Origin: an uncultured Candidatus Binatia bacterium
GTDB lineage: Bacteria; Desulfobacterota; Binatia; HRBIN30
Direction: 5' to 3'
DNA length: 64,000 bases
NCBI GenBank assembly: GCA_964534275.1
Contig: CAZHQG010000007.1
Coordinates: 27,202 to 91,201 of the forward strand
In this document: positions 42,429 to 51,371 of the stretch, piece after piece
How positions within the stretch are numbered: the stretch's first letter is position 1
Layout: every line of letters starts with the position of its first letter
Notes under the pieces: generated by a model
Databases searched by the model: none
What the model was told of the DNA's origin: nothing
The model's input: only the letters and a program-made list of their open reading frames with translations
Program-made: the position numbers and the translations under genes

Positions 42429-43504
42429 TTGGGCGTACCGACGAGTCGTGCTGCGACTTCTTGATCCGTCGGCACTTCTCCAAAGGTTTTCTCCCACACT
42501 CCCGCCGGCTCCATGCAAATGTATCGGGGAATCGCCGGGTCCCACCGGCGCAGCCATTCGAGAAGCGTGCGGTACATCGTCAGCCGTAGGCCACGCCAAG
42601 CGCGGTGTTTTCCGTCTGGACCAGCAACGAGTTCTCCGGTCATCAAAGTCCAGCCACGACTGCGTTCCTTCATTGCGCGCTTCAAGCCTGGGCTGAGTCG
42701 CAAATGGCCAAGGCTCACCCAGGCAACGCGACTTGGATTCACGCGTTCGACCAAGCGGCGAAGCACGGCAACGTACTCCTCTTCCCACTGCGGCAGGGCA
42801 ATCAGCGGGTCGAAATGAAAGGCTACGCGGAAGCCAGCTTGCTGCACCCGCTCGGCAGCCGCCAAACGTTCGTCCAGAGACGCAGTTCCGGGCTCCTCGT
42901 CGCGAATGACGGACGGGGCGTTGAGCGACCAGGCCACCACAACGTTTTCGACTGGCGCAAAGGCAAGCAACCCTTCCACGGCCGCACTCTTGGTTTTGAG
43001 CTCCAGAACCGCGTTCGGTCGCTCTGCGAAAAACGGCACGAGGATGCGCGTGTGTTCCGTCAGCGCGTCGAGAGCGAGACTATCGATCAGCTCTCCGGTC
43101 CCGATGCGAAAGCGCCTGTTTGGATGGCGACGCAGTACGTCATCCACTTCCGCAAGCGCTTCTTCCACGTTCGTAAACAGGCGCAGGCCCGGGCTGTGCG
43201 CGAGGTACTCCTGCAAAAAGCAGTAGCTGCAGTCGAAGGGGCAGTTGGCGCCCAGATTCACGACGAGGTAGTTGCAGCAAACGAGGCCGGGTGTGCCTGC
43301 AGGACAGTGGTGAAGAAACGATCCGCGATGGCGCATCAGGACAAGTTGCCGTTTCCCCGCGGCGAAACCGAAATGTTCCAGCTTGAGGGGCGGGTCGTAC
43401 GACTGCACCGGCACGTCTTGGTAGGCACGGCGCACGTTCTCCGCGATGCGGGAACGCTCGCTGCCGCGTTCGATCCAGATCTTGTCGGGACGGTACGAAG
43501 TCAC
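42425..43504 (-). CDS. Radical SAM protein, spore photoproduct lyase (SplB)-like
   Basis: CPFDCSYCFLQ (CxxxCxxC) after CP..CC; GTGELIDSL, LELKTKS, WSLN, FHFDP, YICME. Confidence 0.85.
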   Translation of the reverse strand: MTSYRPDKIWIERGSERSRIAENVRRAYQDVPVQSYDPPLKLEHFGFAAGKRQLVLMRHRGSFLHHCPAGTPGLVCCNYLVVNLGANCPFDCSYCFLQEYLAHSPGLRLFTNVEEALAEVDDVLRRHPNRRFRIGTGELIDSLALDALTEHTRILVPFFAERPNAVLELKTKSAAVEGLLAFAPVENVVVAWSLNAPSVIRDEEPGTASLDERLAAAERVQQAGFRVAFHFDPLIALPQWEEEYVAVLRRLVERVNPSRVAWVSLGHLRLSPGLKRAMKERSRGWTLMTGELVAGPDGKHRAWRGLRLTMYRTLLEWLRRWDPAIPRYICMEPAGVWEKTFGEVPTDQEVAARLVGTPK

Positions 43505-44046
43505 GGAACTCCCTCTAGCAAGGCAAACACCTCTTTCCCGGCAGCACTGCGCGCCCACTGGAGGGCGGCTTCTAGCGAGGCGACGAGTTCGGCTTGGCTA
43601 CGGCCTGAGCAGGTGATGGAAATTTGGTCGCCCTCCAGACATGGAGGCAGGGTCACGCGTACCGTTGGCGGGAGACCGGCGCAGCGTACCAGTTCCTTCG
43701 CGCGCGCTTCGGCAGCGCTCAATGCGGGAAATCGCCAGCGACGTAACACCTGTTTCACCGCGACGAGGCGGGTGTTCCGGCTGGTTGCAGCAGACCGTGC
43801 CTGCAAAATCTCCGGCCGGTTCAGAACGCCGGCGATGCTCGTTCCCTCGCGGACGGCAATTTCTTCCGCCCACTCCCACAAATCGCGCAGCTGGTTTTGT
43901 CCCAGCCGGAGGGATGTCGCGAGTTCGTAAAGCGTCCGTGCGTCGGCCTCGTCCAAGCCGAGCCAATGCTCCACCAGAGCGGGGTGAAATGCACGCTCGC
44001 GAGTATAGTCCTGCACGGCTTTTCGGAGACTTGCTGGCAGCGTCAT
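43501..44046 (-). CDS. Hypothetical helical protein (resembles the C-terminal part of ParB-like proteins found beside SplB-like genes)
   Basis: Coupled at both ends by 4-nt overlaps; motif L...RFP.L...E....LPP..RVTLPPCLEG. Confidence 0.6.
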   Translation of the reverse strand: MTLPASLRKAVQDYTRERAFHPALVEHWLGLDEADARTLYELATSLRLGQNQLRDLWEWAEEIAVREGTSIAGVLNRPEILQARSAATSRNTRLVAVKQVLRRWRFPALSAAEARAKELVRCAGLPPTVRVTLPPCLEGDQISITCSGRSQAELVASLEAALQWARSAAGKEVFALLEGVP

Positions 44047-44921
44047 GCTGCTGCCTCTGCTAGCTGGGCCGGCCACCGGGTTGCAACGTACTCACGAGCG
44101 GCGGCAGCAAGCTCGCGGTATCGTTGCGCCTCGTTGTGGCGCCCGCGTTTTTCTGCTCCGGCCGCGAGAACGGCACATTTCGATTCGATCGTGTCGGCGG
44201 TCGCGCGCGCCCGGTGCGCATCCAAGATGTCGGAAAGTAGCAAGCGTAGAAGGCTAGCCACGCGAAAGCGATCCATCCCCCAAAAGCAGCGGGAAAGTTG
44301 GTCTTCGTGACCCCCGCGTTTCAGCACGAGGGCTTCGTCGAGCAAACCGAACTGCTCGTGGACGGCGATGCGCAACCACAGGTCGTAGTCTTCGCAAGCA
44401 GGTAAACTCGGGTCGAACGGCCCGTAGCGATCCCAAACAGAACGATGGAGCAGGACGGCGGATGGGCTGACCAAGCACCGCTGCAACGAGGGGAGGAAAA
44501 TATCGCCGGCGAGTTTGCGGTGAACCGCGCGCGGATTGACGAACCGCCCGTTCCGAATCCATACCTCCTGCGTCTGACTGATGGGTGTACCGGTGGATTC
44601 GGCAAAGGCCAAATGACGTGCGAGTTTGTGCGGACGCCACAGGTCATCCGAATCCAGGAAGGCGAGCCATTCCCCGCGAGCCAGGGCTACCCCGACGTTG
44701 CGGGCCGTGGACACGCCACAGCGTGTTTGCAGGCGCTCGATCCGCACGGCGCAGCCGAAACGGGAGACCAGATCGTCGGCGGTGCCGTCCGTAGAGCCAT
44801 CGTCGACCACGATGAGCTCCCAATCGGTGCGTGCGAGCCCCTGTTGGGCCAGCACCGAGGCAACCGCTTCGGCAACGAGTTGGCGGCGATTGTAGGTAGG
44901 GATGATGACGCTGGCCAGCAC
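44043..44921 (-). CDS. Glycosyltransferase family 2 (GT-A)
   Basis: SVIIPTYNR, IVVDDGSTDGT, GVSTARN.G, AFLDSDD, ACEDYDLWLR, GGHEDQLS. Confidence 0.92.
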   Translation of the reverse strand: MLASVIIPTYNRRQLVAEAVASVLAQQGLARTDWELIVVDDGSTDGTADDLVSRFGCAVRIERLQTRCGVSTARNVGVALARGEWLAFLDSDDLWRPHKLARHLAFAESTGTPISQTQEVWIRNGRFVNPRAVHRKLAGDIFLPSLQRCLVSPSAVLLHRSVWDRYGPFDPSLPACEDYDLWLRIAVHEQFGLLDEALVLKRGGHEDQLSRCFWGMDRFRVASLLRLLLSDILDAHRARATADTIESKCAVLAAGAEKRGRHNEAQRYRELAAAAREYVATRWPAQLAEAAA

Positions 44922-45016
44922 AGAGACATGCGTTTACACAAAATCCCTGCGCGGCGAAATTGCCTGGGGGCGGCGGAAAGCTGCCCCCAGGCCGCTGCAA
45001 CGATGCTGCAGCTCGA

Positions 45017-45262
45017 TTACACGGGGTGGCGCGCTCCGTGGAGGTTCCAAGGCGCGGTGTCCCCGTGTGCGGGAGCGGGGAGACCGCGAGGCCGCTCTTG
45101 ACGCACGGACTGGGAGCCTCGCCCGAGCAGCCACAAAAGGCCGGCTGCGGCCGCCACGACCGCGATCAGAAGCACCCAGCCAAGTGCGGGTTCTACGAGA
45201 GCCTCGGCCGGGATGTTTGCGGTGGCCATCAAGACCTCGATTGCGACGATGGTGCCGTACAT
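45017..45262 (-). CDS. Small single-pass membrane protein
   Basis: RBS AAAGGAGG upstream of ATG 45262; hydrophobic WVLLIAVVAAAAGLLWLL. Confidence 0.6.
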   Translation of the reverse strand: MYGTIVAIEVLMATANIPAEALVEPALGWVLLIAVVAAAAGLLWLLGRGSQSVRQERPRGLPAPAHGDTAPWNLHGARHPV

Positions 45263-45296
45263 GGTGCACCTCCTTTGCCCTGTTGCGGGCCTTTCT

Positions 45297-45332
45297 AGGA
45301 TAACGCGCTGCAGTAGATTGTCAACGCGCTGC
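45297..45332 (-). promoter_or_regulatory. Sigma70-type promoter overlapped by a 10-bp direct repeat
   Basis: Minus strand TTGACA (45324-45319), 16-bp spacer, TATCCT (45302-45297); AACGCGCTGC at 45302-45311 and 45323-45332. Confidence 0.5.
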
Positions 45333-45412
45333 GTCATCACGGGTTGCGGCGGAGACAGGGTGCTTGCGCGTGTGGTCGGGATGCGAAAAAAGGGCTCCGT
45401 TGGGTGCGAGCG

Positions 45413-47209
45413 ATGGCGAGAAAGAAACCGGTGGTAACCAACGCGGACGTCGCCCGTGTCTTGCGGGAGATTGCGCTCCTTCTGGAGATGGAAGGCGTGC
45501 CGTTCAAGCCGCGGGCGTACGAAAAAGCTGCGTATGCAGTGGAAAGCCTTTCAGAACCCATCGGGGAGCTGCTCGAGAAAGGCGGCGAGCGGGCGATCGA
45601 GGAGCTTCCAGGAGTAGGGAAGAGTATTGCCGAGAAAATCGTGACCCTGGTGCGCACGGGAAGGCTGCCGTACTACGAAGAATTGCATGCCAAGGTGCCG
45701 GTGGATTTAGCGGGTCTGAGCGCGATCGAGGGGTTGGGTCCGAAAAATATCAAGGTCCTGTACGAGAAGCTGGGCATCCGCACGGTCGAGGAACTGGAAG
45801 CGGCCGCGCGCGCTGGAAAAATTCGCTCGCTTCCGCACTTCGGTGAGAAAAGCGAGCAGAAGATCTTGCGGGGCATTGAGTTTCTCAAGCGGAGCCAAGG
45901 CCGGTTTTTGCTGGGTGCGGTCTTGCCTCTGGTGCGAGAGATCGAGCGGCGGCTAGGGCAAATCCGAGGCGTGGAAAAAGTCGCAATCGCGGGATCGATT
46001 CGCCGGTGCAAGGAAACCGTAGGGGATGGCGATCTGCTCGTAGTGGCTTCGGATCCGGACCGAGTGATGGATGCGTTTGTCTCGATGCCTGAGGTCCAGT
46101 ACGTGCACGGCAAGGGCCATACGAAGTCGAGCGTGAAGCTGCACATGGGGATGGATGTCGACCTTCGCGTGGTGCCGGCGGAAAGTTGGGGTGCGGCGTT
46201 GAGCTATTTCACCGGAAGCAAGGCGCACAACGTAGCGTTGCGTCGGATCGCGATGGAACAAGGGCTGAAACTCAACGAGTACGGGTTGTTTCGCGGCGAG
46301 CGCTCGATTGCCGGGCGAACCGAAGAAGAAGTGTACCATGCGCTCGGAATGGAATGGATTCCTCCGGAGCTGCGCGAAGATGCTGGAGAGATCGAGGCTG
46401 CGCGTGCGGGAACGTTACCGCGGCTTGTCGAGTACGGGCAGGTGCGCGGAGACCTACAAGTGCAGACGAATTGGTCGGATGGTGCGCATTCGATCGAAGA
46501 GATGGCTGAGGCTGCGCGGCGGCTCGGACGGGAATACATCGCCATCACCGATCACACCCGTGCGCTCGCCATGGTGGGGTTGGACGCGAGCAAGCTCCGC
46601 GAGCAAATGGCTTACATCGACCGGTTGAACAGCAAGCTCCGTGGAATTCGCATTCTGAAAGGGGCAGAGGTGAACATCGATCGCGACGGGAGCCTCGACA
46701 TCGACGACGAGACCCTAGCGCAGCTGGACGTCGTCGGCATCGCGGTGCATTCGTACTTCCACCTCCCCCGTGCAGAGCAAACCCGACGCATCGTACGCGC
46801 CATGGAGAATCCGCATGCGGACATCTTGTTTCATCCAACGGGGCGCGCGCTCCTCAAGAGGGAGCCGTACGATGTGGATATGGAGGAGCTGTTTGCCGCA
46901 GCCGTGCGCACCGGTACGGTGATGGAAATCGATGGGTACCCTGAGCGCTTGGACCTCCGCGACGAGCACGTGCGGAAAGCGATCCAAGCCGGCGTGAAAT
47001 TGGTGATCGATACGGACGCCCACAGCATCCACCATTTGGACTATTTGTTTTTCGGCATTGCGACGGCACGGCGTGGTTGGGCGACCGCTGCGGATGTGAT
47101 CAATACCTTGCCGTTGGAGGAGTTTCTGTCGCAGCTCAAGGACAAACGTGGCGCCGGAGTGTCCTCGCCGAAGCGCTCTACGAAAAAACGCCGCTCGGGT
47201 AGCGCGTGA
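45413..47209 (+). CDS. polX: DNA polymerase X with PHP domain
   Basis: FKPRAY.KAA, GVGKSIA, GLGPK, AGSIRR.KETVGDGDLL, VDLRVV, YFTGSKAHN, LNEYGLF; PHP motifs ITDH, HPTGR, TDAH. Confidence 0.95.
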   Translation: MARKKPVVTNADVARVLREIALLLEMEGVPFKPRAYEKAAYAVESLSEPIGELLEKGGERAIEELPGVGKSIAEKIVTLVRTGRLPYYEELHAKVPVDLAGLSAIEGLGPKNIKVLYEKLGIRTVEELEAAARAGKIRSLPHFGEKSEQKILRGIEFLKRSQGRFLLGAVLPLVREIERRLGQIRGVEKVAIAGSIRRCKETVGDGDLLVVASDPDRVMDAFVSMPEVQYVHGKGHTKSSVKLHMGMDVDLRVVPAESWGAALSYFTGSKAHNVALRRIAMEQGLKLNEYGLFRGERSIAGRTEEEVYHALGMEWIPPELREDAGEIEAARAGTLPRLVEYGQVRGDLQVQTNWSDGAHSIEEMAEAARRLGREYIAITDHTRALAMVGLDASKLREQMAYIDRLNSKLRGIRILKGAEVNIDRDGSLDIDDETLAQLDVVGIAVHSYFHLPRAEQTRRIVRAMENPHADILFHPTGRALLKREPYDVDMEELFAAAVRTGTVMEIDGYPERLDLRDEHVRKAIQAGVKLVIDTDAHSIHHLDYLFFGIATARRGWATAADVINTLPLEEFLSQLKDKRGAGVSSPKRSTKKRRSGSA

Positions 47210-47724
47210 AGTGGTGGACCGGTGTGTGCGCATCCAGTATGAACCGGCCCATGGATTGGTTGTGTGGCCTGGCCGCGGAGACGCAAGTGGAAACGCCCGA
47301 CGGCCCGATGGAGATTCGCAAAGTGGCGGGAAAAGAAATTCCAGTGTTCAGTCGCGACGCCAATGGGCGCGTGCGCTTTCGCATGATGCGACAGGTGCGG
47401 TGCACGGGAGCCTCGGAACCGGTGTTACGCGTGTCCTTGGAAAACGGGTGGTCGTTCCGAGCCGTGCCTCGTCAAGGAGTGTTTTTGGCCGAAGGAACGA
47501 TTGTGACGCTGGCTGAGCTTGCTCCCGGTGTATTGCTGTATCCGGCCTTTCACTACCCGAAGGGCTACCGTTTTCGCACGGATGGCGGGGAAGAACGGGA
47601 GTCGGCGCACGGATGGCGCGTGGAATCGATAGAGGCTGGCGGCGACGCGGAGGTGTTTTCCCTGCACGTGCCGCCCGAACGGTGCTTCTTCCTCAGCGCC
47701 GGAGTGCTGTGCTGTAGCGAGTAG
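47206..47724 (+). CDS. Stand-alone Hint (intein-like) domain protein with degenerate splicing motifs
   Basis: CGLAAETQVETPDG (block A-like), VLRVSLENGWSFRAVP (block B-like), RVESIEAGGDAEVFSL.V (block F-like), FFLSAGVLCCSE (block G-like); start could be 47206, 47239 or 47251. Confidence 0.75.
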   Translation: MKWWTGVCASSMNRPMDWLCGLAAETQVETPDGPMEIRKVAGKEIPVFSRDANGRVRFRMMRQVRCTGASEPVLRVSLENGWSFRAVPRQGVFLAEGTIVTLAELAPGVLLYPAFHYPKGYRFRTDGGEERESAHGWRVESIEAGGDAEVFSLHVPPERCFFLSAGVLCCSE

Positions 47725-47748
47725 GCCGTCGCACGTTGCCCGAATGCG

Positions 47749-48567
47749 TCAGTCGTCGCGCCCTTGAAACTTACGCACGACCGTGCGCGCCAGTCCGGGG
47801 AGATCGGAAATGATTCCGTCGACCCCAAGTCCCAGGACCGACCGGATTTCGGCAGGATCGTTGAGGGTCCACACGTGAACCTCCAAGCCCAGGTCGTGCG
47901 CCGCTTGAACCACATCGGGGCGAACAATTTCGATGTCTCCCACCCGCACTGGAACCTGCAGAGCAATCCCGGGAGGGCGGTAGTCGCTCCATCGAGCTTC
48001 GGTGACCCGGGTGAGAAAATCGACGACATCCGCGGCGGAGAAGCTGGTCGTGATCTCGGGGGCTTGTTGACGCACATGGTCGAGGATTTCCCCCTTTTCC
48101 GCGGCAACAAGGACGCGATGGGTTGCATCCAAGCGTCGAATCGTGGCGATCACTTCATCGATGAGACCAGGATCGTTTTCTTTGATCTCCACGTTGCACG
48201 TTGCCAGCGGAAATTGTTGCAACACCGCGTCGAACGTGGGGACACGCACACCATGCCCTCGAAAGGGGAAGTCGCGTCCATCCCGAGAGAAGTGATATCC
48301 TGCATCCAGGCGTTCGATTTGCCTGAGGGTGTGATCGCGCACCAAACCGCTGCCATTGGTGGTGCGGTCGAGCGTGTCGTCGTGCAGGACCACCACAAAG
48401 CCGTCGCGAGTCGGGTGGAGGTCGAACTCCAGCACTTCGGCGCCCAAGGCTAAGGCGAGGGCGAACGAGGGCAACGTGTTTTCGGGCGCTTGTCCCGCAG
48501 CCCCGCGGTGGCCGAAGACGCGCGGAGGAGGAGTTGGGTAAAAGCGATGTGGCATGCGCTCCCGCAT
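47749..48567 (-). CDS. Glycerophosphodiester phosphodiesterase
   Basis: FGHRGA...PENTL, LEFDLH.T.DG..VV.HDD.LDRTT, NVEIK, VHVWTLND, VDGIISD. Confidence 0.93.
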   Translation of the reverse strand: MRERMPHRFYPTPPPRVFGHRGAAGQAPENTLPSFALALALGAEVLEFDLHPTRDGFVVVLHDDTLDRTTNGSGLVRDHTLRQIERLDAGYHFSRDGRDFPFRGHGVRVPTFDAVLQQFPLATCNVEIKENDPGLIDEVIATIRRLDATHRVLVAAEKGEILDHVRQQAPEITTSFSAADVVDFLTRVTEARWSDYRPPGIALQVPVRVGDIEIVRPDVVQAAHDLGLEVHVWTLNDPAEIRSVLGLGVDGIISDLPGLARTVVRKFQGRDD

Positions 48568-48624
48568 ACCGGAGAAGCGTGGAAGAGAAAAGCAGCGGGG
48601 CCCCGTCGGTGGAGTGTCGCTCCT

Positions 48625-50388
48625 TCACAGAGGCTCGTCGCGGCCTAAGACCCGTTCAGGGGAGGCGGGGGACACAAGCTTTGCCGCAGCGCGCAGCGCG
48701 AGGGCGATAATCGTCAGCGTCGGGTTGTAGCCCGACGACGTCACGAACACGCTTCCGTCGACAGCGAACAGGTTTTCCACTGAATGAAACCGCTGCCAAG
48801 CATCGCACACCGACGCTTCCGGACGCGTTCCCATTCTGAGCGTGCCCAGGACGTGTCGGGTTTGGGGCGGATTGTCCGCAGGCGCCAAAAAGCCGTATTC
48901 CGCACCTGCAGCGCGGTGAAGTTCCACGAGCTTTGGTCCATAAAACAGTCGTGCGGCGCGCTCGAGGGCGCCGGTACGATACGTGATGCGTGGCACGGGC
49001 TGCCCGAAGACGTCCTTCAGTTGGGGGTCCAAATCCACGCGGTTGTGGAAGTAAGGAGCGTCTTCCCCTTGCTGGATGGCAACAGCAATGTGCCCTTGAA
49101 AAATATTGGCGCGAATGAGTTTCGGCAGCGTCAAGCCCGGAATGTTTTGCAGTCGTGCGAGTTCGAACGCCTGCAGCGCCGAGAGCGCTCCGGAGATTGC
49201 TTCAGAGTTGGTGCCGAACTCGACGATGCCTCCAAGTGGCACATTGGGGTCGATCTCGTCGCCGCCGGGGCGTACCCCGCGCAAGTCCGAGATTCCGTGC
49301 GTGACCGAGCGTCCACGCTCCCCATGCAGGCGTTGGCGGTAAATGCCGACGCCTAGCGTCTGCGCGTGAAACATGAGAAAGCGCCCAACGAGTCCATTTT
49401 CGTTCCCGAGATCCGAAAGCAAACACAAACGGGCACTCTCGATGGCACTGGCGGCCAAAAGGAACACAGTGCCGGTGGCGCGTTGCGTGCGCCCGTCGTC
49501 ATCGATGTATTCGACACTCGTGACTCTGCCATTTCCGTCGTGGAGCAATCGCGTGGCGTGTGCATTGTACCGCACTTGGCAGCGCCCCGTGAGGAGTGCT
49601 TCGCGTAAGGTTGTGACCGCTGGGCTGCCTTTGGAATTGTTCGGGCATCCGTATCCAGAACAAAAACCACAGTCGTTGCAGGGCGGGCGGCCCCGGTAGA
49701 ACCGTGAATTGTGTGCGCCAGGGTAGGGAAACGGGTGGTAGCCAAGGGAACGAGCTCCTTCCGACAGGACTGAAGCGACGTACATCGGAAGGCCAGGCGG
49801 CATCGGGTACTCCGCGGAGCGTGGGGAGGCAAACGGGTCGCTACCCGCCAACCCTTGGACCCCAGAGAGGCGTTCGGCTTCTTGATAGAACGGTTCTAAC
49901 TCGTCGTACGAGATTGGCCAGTTCGCGAAGGCTGCACCGTCGTAGCGAACGCCTTTCGATTCGAGCTCCGATGCCATCCGAAAATCGACGCGGTTCAAGC
50001 GCGGGTACTTCATGTCTGCATGTACCGCCGCTCCGCCCACAGTCTTCGGCATCGTGTTGACGTCCGGGTGGTAACGCGCGGGACTGGAATCGTCCGTCCG
50101 GAACGTTCGTGGCTCGAGCAAGGGGTCCTGCGCGACGAAACCGCGGATGCTCAGTTTCAACTCGTCGTTGCTGAACAGCGGACGAGGCATGTCCGGCGCG
50201 GGGTCGTCCAACCCGAGGAAATAATTGGGGCCATGTTCCAACACCAGCACACGCCAGCCCCCCACGACAGCCAAAACCCGAGCAGCAGCCGCACCCCCAG
50301 CTCCCGAGCCGATGATCACGGCGTCAAACTGATCGAGCGAGGTGTTGCCGAGTACCCCAGGGACTCGCGAGGGACGCACACTTGCCAT
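48625..50388 (-). CDS. GMC-family flavoprotein oxidoreductase (gluconate 2-dehydrogenase flavoprotein-like)
   Basis: IIGSGAGG, VGGAAVH, CNDCGFCSGYGCP (possible Fe-S site), HVLGTLRMG, DGSVF...GYNPTLTI.ALALR. Confidence 0.9.
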   Translation of the reverse strand: MASVRPSRVPGVLGNTSLDQFDAVIIGSGAGGAAAARVLAVVGGWRVLVLEHGPNYFLGLDDPAPDMPRPLFSNDELKLSIRGFVAQDPLLEPRTFRTDDSSPARYHPDVNTMPKTVGGAAVHADMKYPRLNRVDFRMASELESKGVRYDGAAFANWPISYDELEPFYQEAERLSGVQGLAGSDPFASPRSAEYPMPPGLPMYVASVLSEGARSLGYHPFPYPGAHNSRFYRGRPPCNDCGFCSGYGCPNNSKGSPAVTTLREALLTGRCQVRYNAHATRLLHDGNGRVTSVEYIDDDGRTQRATGTVFLLAASAIESARLCLLSDLGNENGLVGRFLMFHAQTLGVGIYRQRLHGERGRSVTHGISDLRGVRPGGDEIDPNVPLGGIVEFGTNSEAISGALSALQAFELARLQNIPGLTLPKLIRANIFQGHIAVAIQQGEDAPYFHNRVDLDPQLKDVFGQPVPRITYRTGALERAARLFYGPKLVELHRAAGAEYGFLAPADNPPQTRHVLGTLRMGTRPEASVCDAWQRFHSVENLFAVDGSVFVTSSGYNPTLTIIALALRAAAKLVSPASPERVLGRDEPL

Positions 50389-50423
50389 TCCTGACCTCTG
50401 CAACAAAAGACGCGCGCCTCGCC

Positions 50424-51362
50424 TTAAGGGAACCGAGGGTTGCCAGCCAGGCGTGTTAACGTGCGAAGCAGGGTGGCGATTTCAGGCGGGAATGGGGCGA
50501 AGGCTTCGTCAGGGTTGGGTCCGGACAAGGGCTTGTCCGGCCGTTCGCGGTAGGTTTGCGACGGACGATGAAACAACGCATAGCCAAGAGGCTGGCTGTC
50601 GCCGTCGTAGCCGATGGATTTCCAGCCGACTCCGTCTTTGTTGCCGCCATACTCCGGTGCGGAAAACATTGCCTCGAAAATGTGTCCTGTAACCAAGGCG
50701 ATAAAGTCAGAGTCTGCTTGCTGTACAATCTGTTGCCGTTCTGCCGTGGAGAGATCGGCGAAGTCTTTGGCAAACTGCGCCTGACTGGTGTCCACGAGTT
50801 CCCGCAACCCTTCTCGATACTGCGTGCGGAGCCCCACCAGCGGGCCTAAAACCTGTGCGTTGAAATCGAACTCGGGAACGGCGGCGGACCCGAGGATGCG
50901 CGCCCGCCAGGAAATTCGTTGCAATCGGTTCAACGGCACGAACGTCTGAAAGTCGTTTGGCGGGAAACGATTGCTTGGAACTCCACGCTCGTAGTCGGGA
51001 AAGGGATGCCTTCCGCTGTAGGGACCACCGGCGAACACCGCACCCGGATCGCTCTCCGAGGGAAGTTCGGAGAGCAACTTCTCGATATACCGATCGGCTC
51101 CGACGGCGAGCGCACCGGGGCCGTCCTCGGCGGGGAACAGCGTGTCGATCAGCGCATGCAAGGTGCGCCGTTCCTGCTGGTCGAGAAAGCTCGCCGATGC
51201 GGCTTCCTTCCCGCCGACCGGTTCCCCATCGTCGCCACATCCCGGCAGGCTGACGGGAACCAACACCGCCACACTGCCGGCAACCCCCCACCGTAAAACC
51301 TGGCGCCGCGTAAACCCTCGGCGCGGCTCAGTTGGTCGAGGAATTTCCGGAAGGAGTGGCAC
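50424..51362 (-). CDS. Gluconate 2-dehydrogenase subunit 3-like Tat lipoprotein
   Basis: TRRQVL twin-arginine signal, lipobox LPG-C, DTLFP...GA..VG..YI, F..PEYGGNKDGVGW..IGY.G. Confidence 0.82.
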   Translation of the reverse strand: MPLLPEIPRPTEPRRGFTRRQVLRWGVAGSVAVLVPVSLPGCGDDGEPVGGKEAASASFLDQQERRTLHALIDTLFPAEDGPGALAVGADRYIEKLLSELPSESDPGAVFAGGPYSGRHPFPDYERGVPSNRFPPNDFQTFVPLNRLQRISWRARILGSAAVPEFDFNAQVLGPLVGLRTQYREGLRELVDTSQAQFAKDFADLSTAERQQIVQQADSDFIALVTGHIFEAMFSAPEYGGNKDGVGWKSIGYDGDSQPLGYALFHRPSQTYRERPDKPLSGPNPDEAFAPFPPEIATLLRTLTRLAGNPRFP

Positions 51363-51371
51363 GGTTTTGTT

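Noticed and set aside
42425-43504. Bona fide splB call
   Set aside because: The catalytic Cys equivalent appears absent and there is no splA or sporulation context, so no gene symbol was given.
47206-47724. Active intein or split-intein half belonging to polX
   Set aside because: PolX is complete and ends with its own stop; the Hint ORF is in another frame, contains both N- and C-terminal blocks, and lacks catalytic residues.
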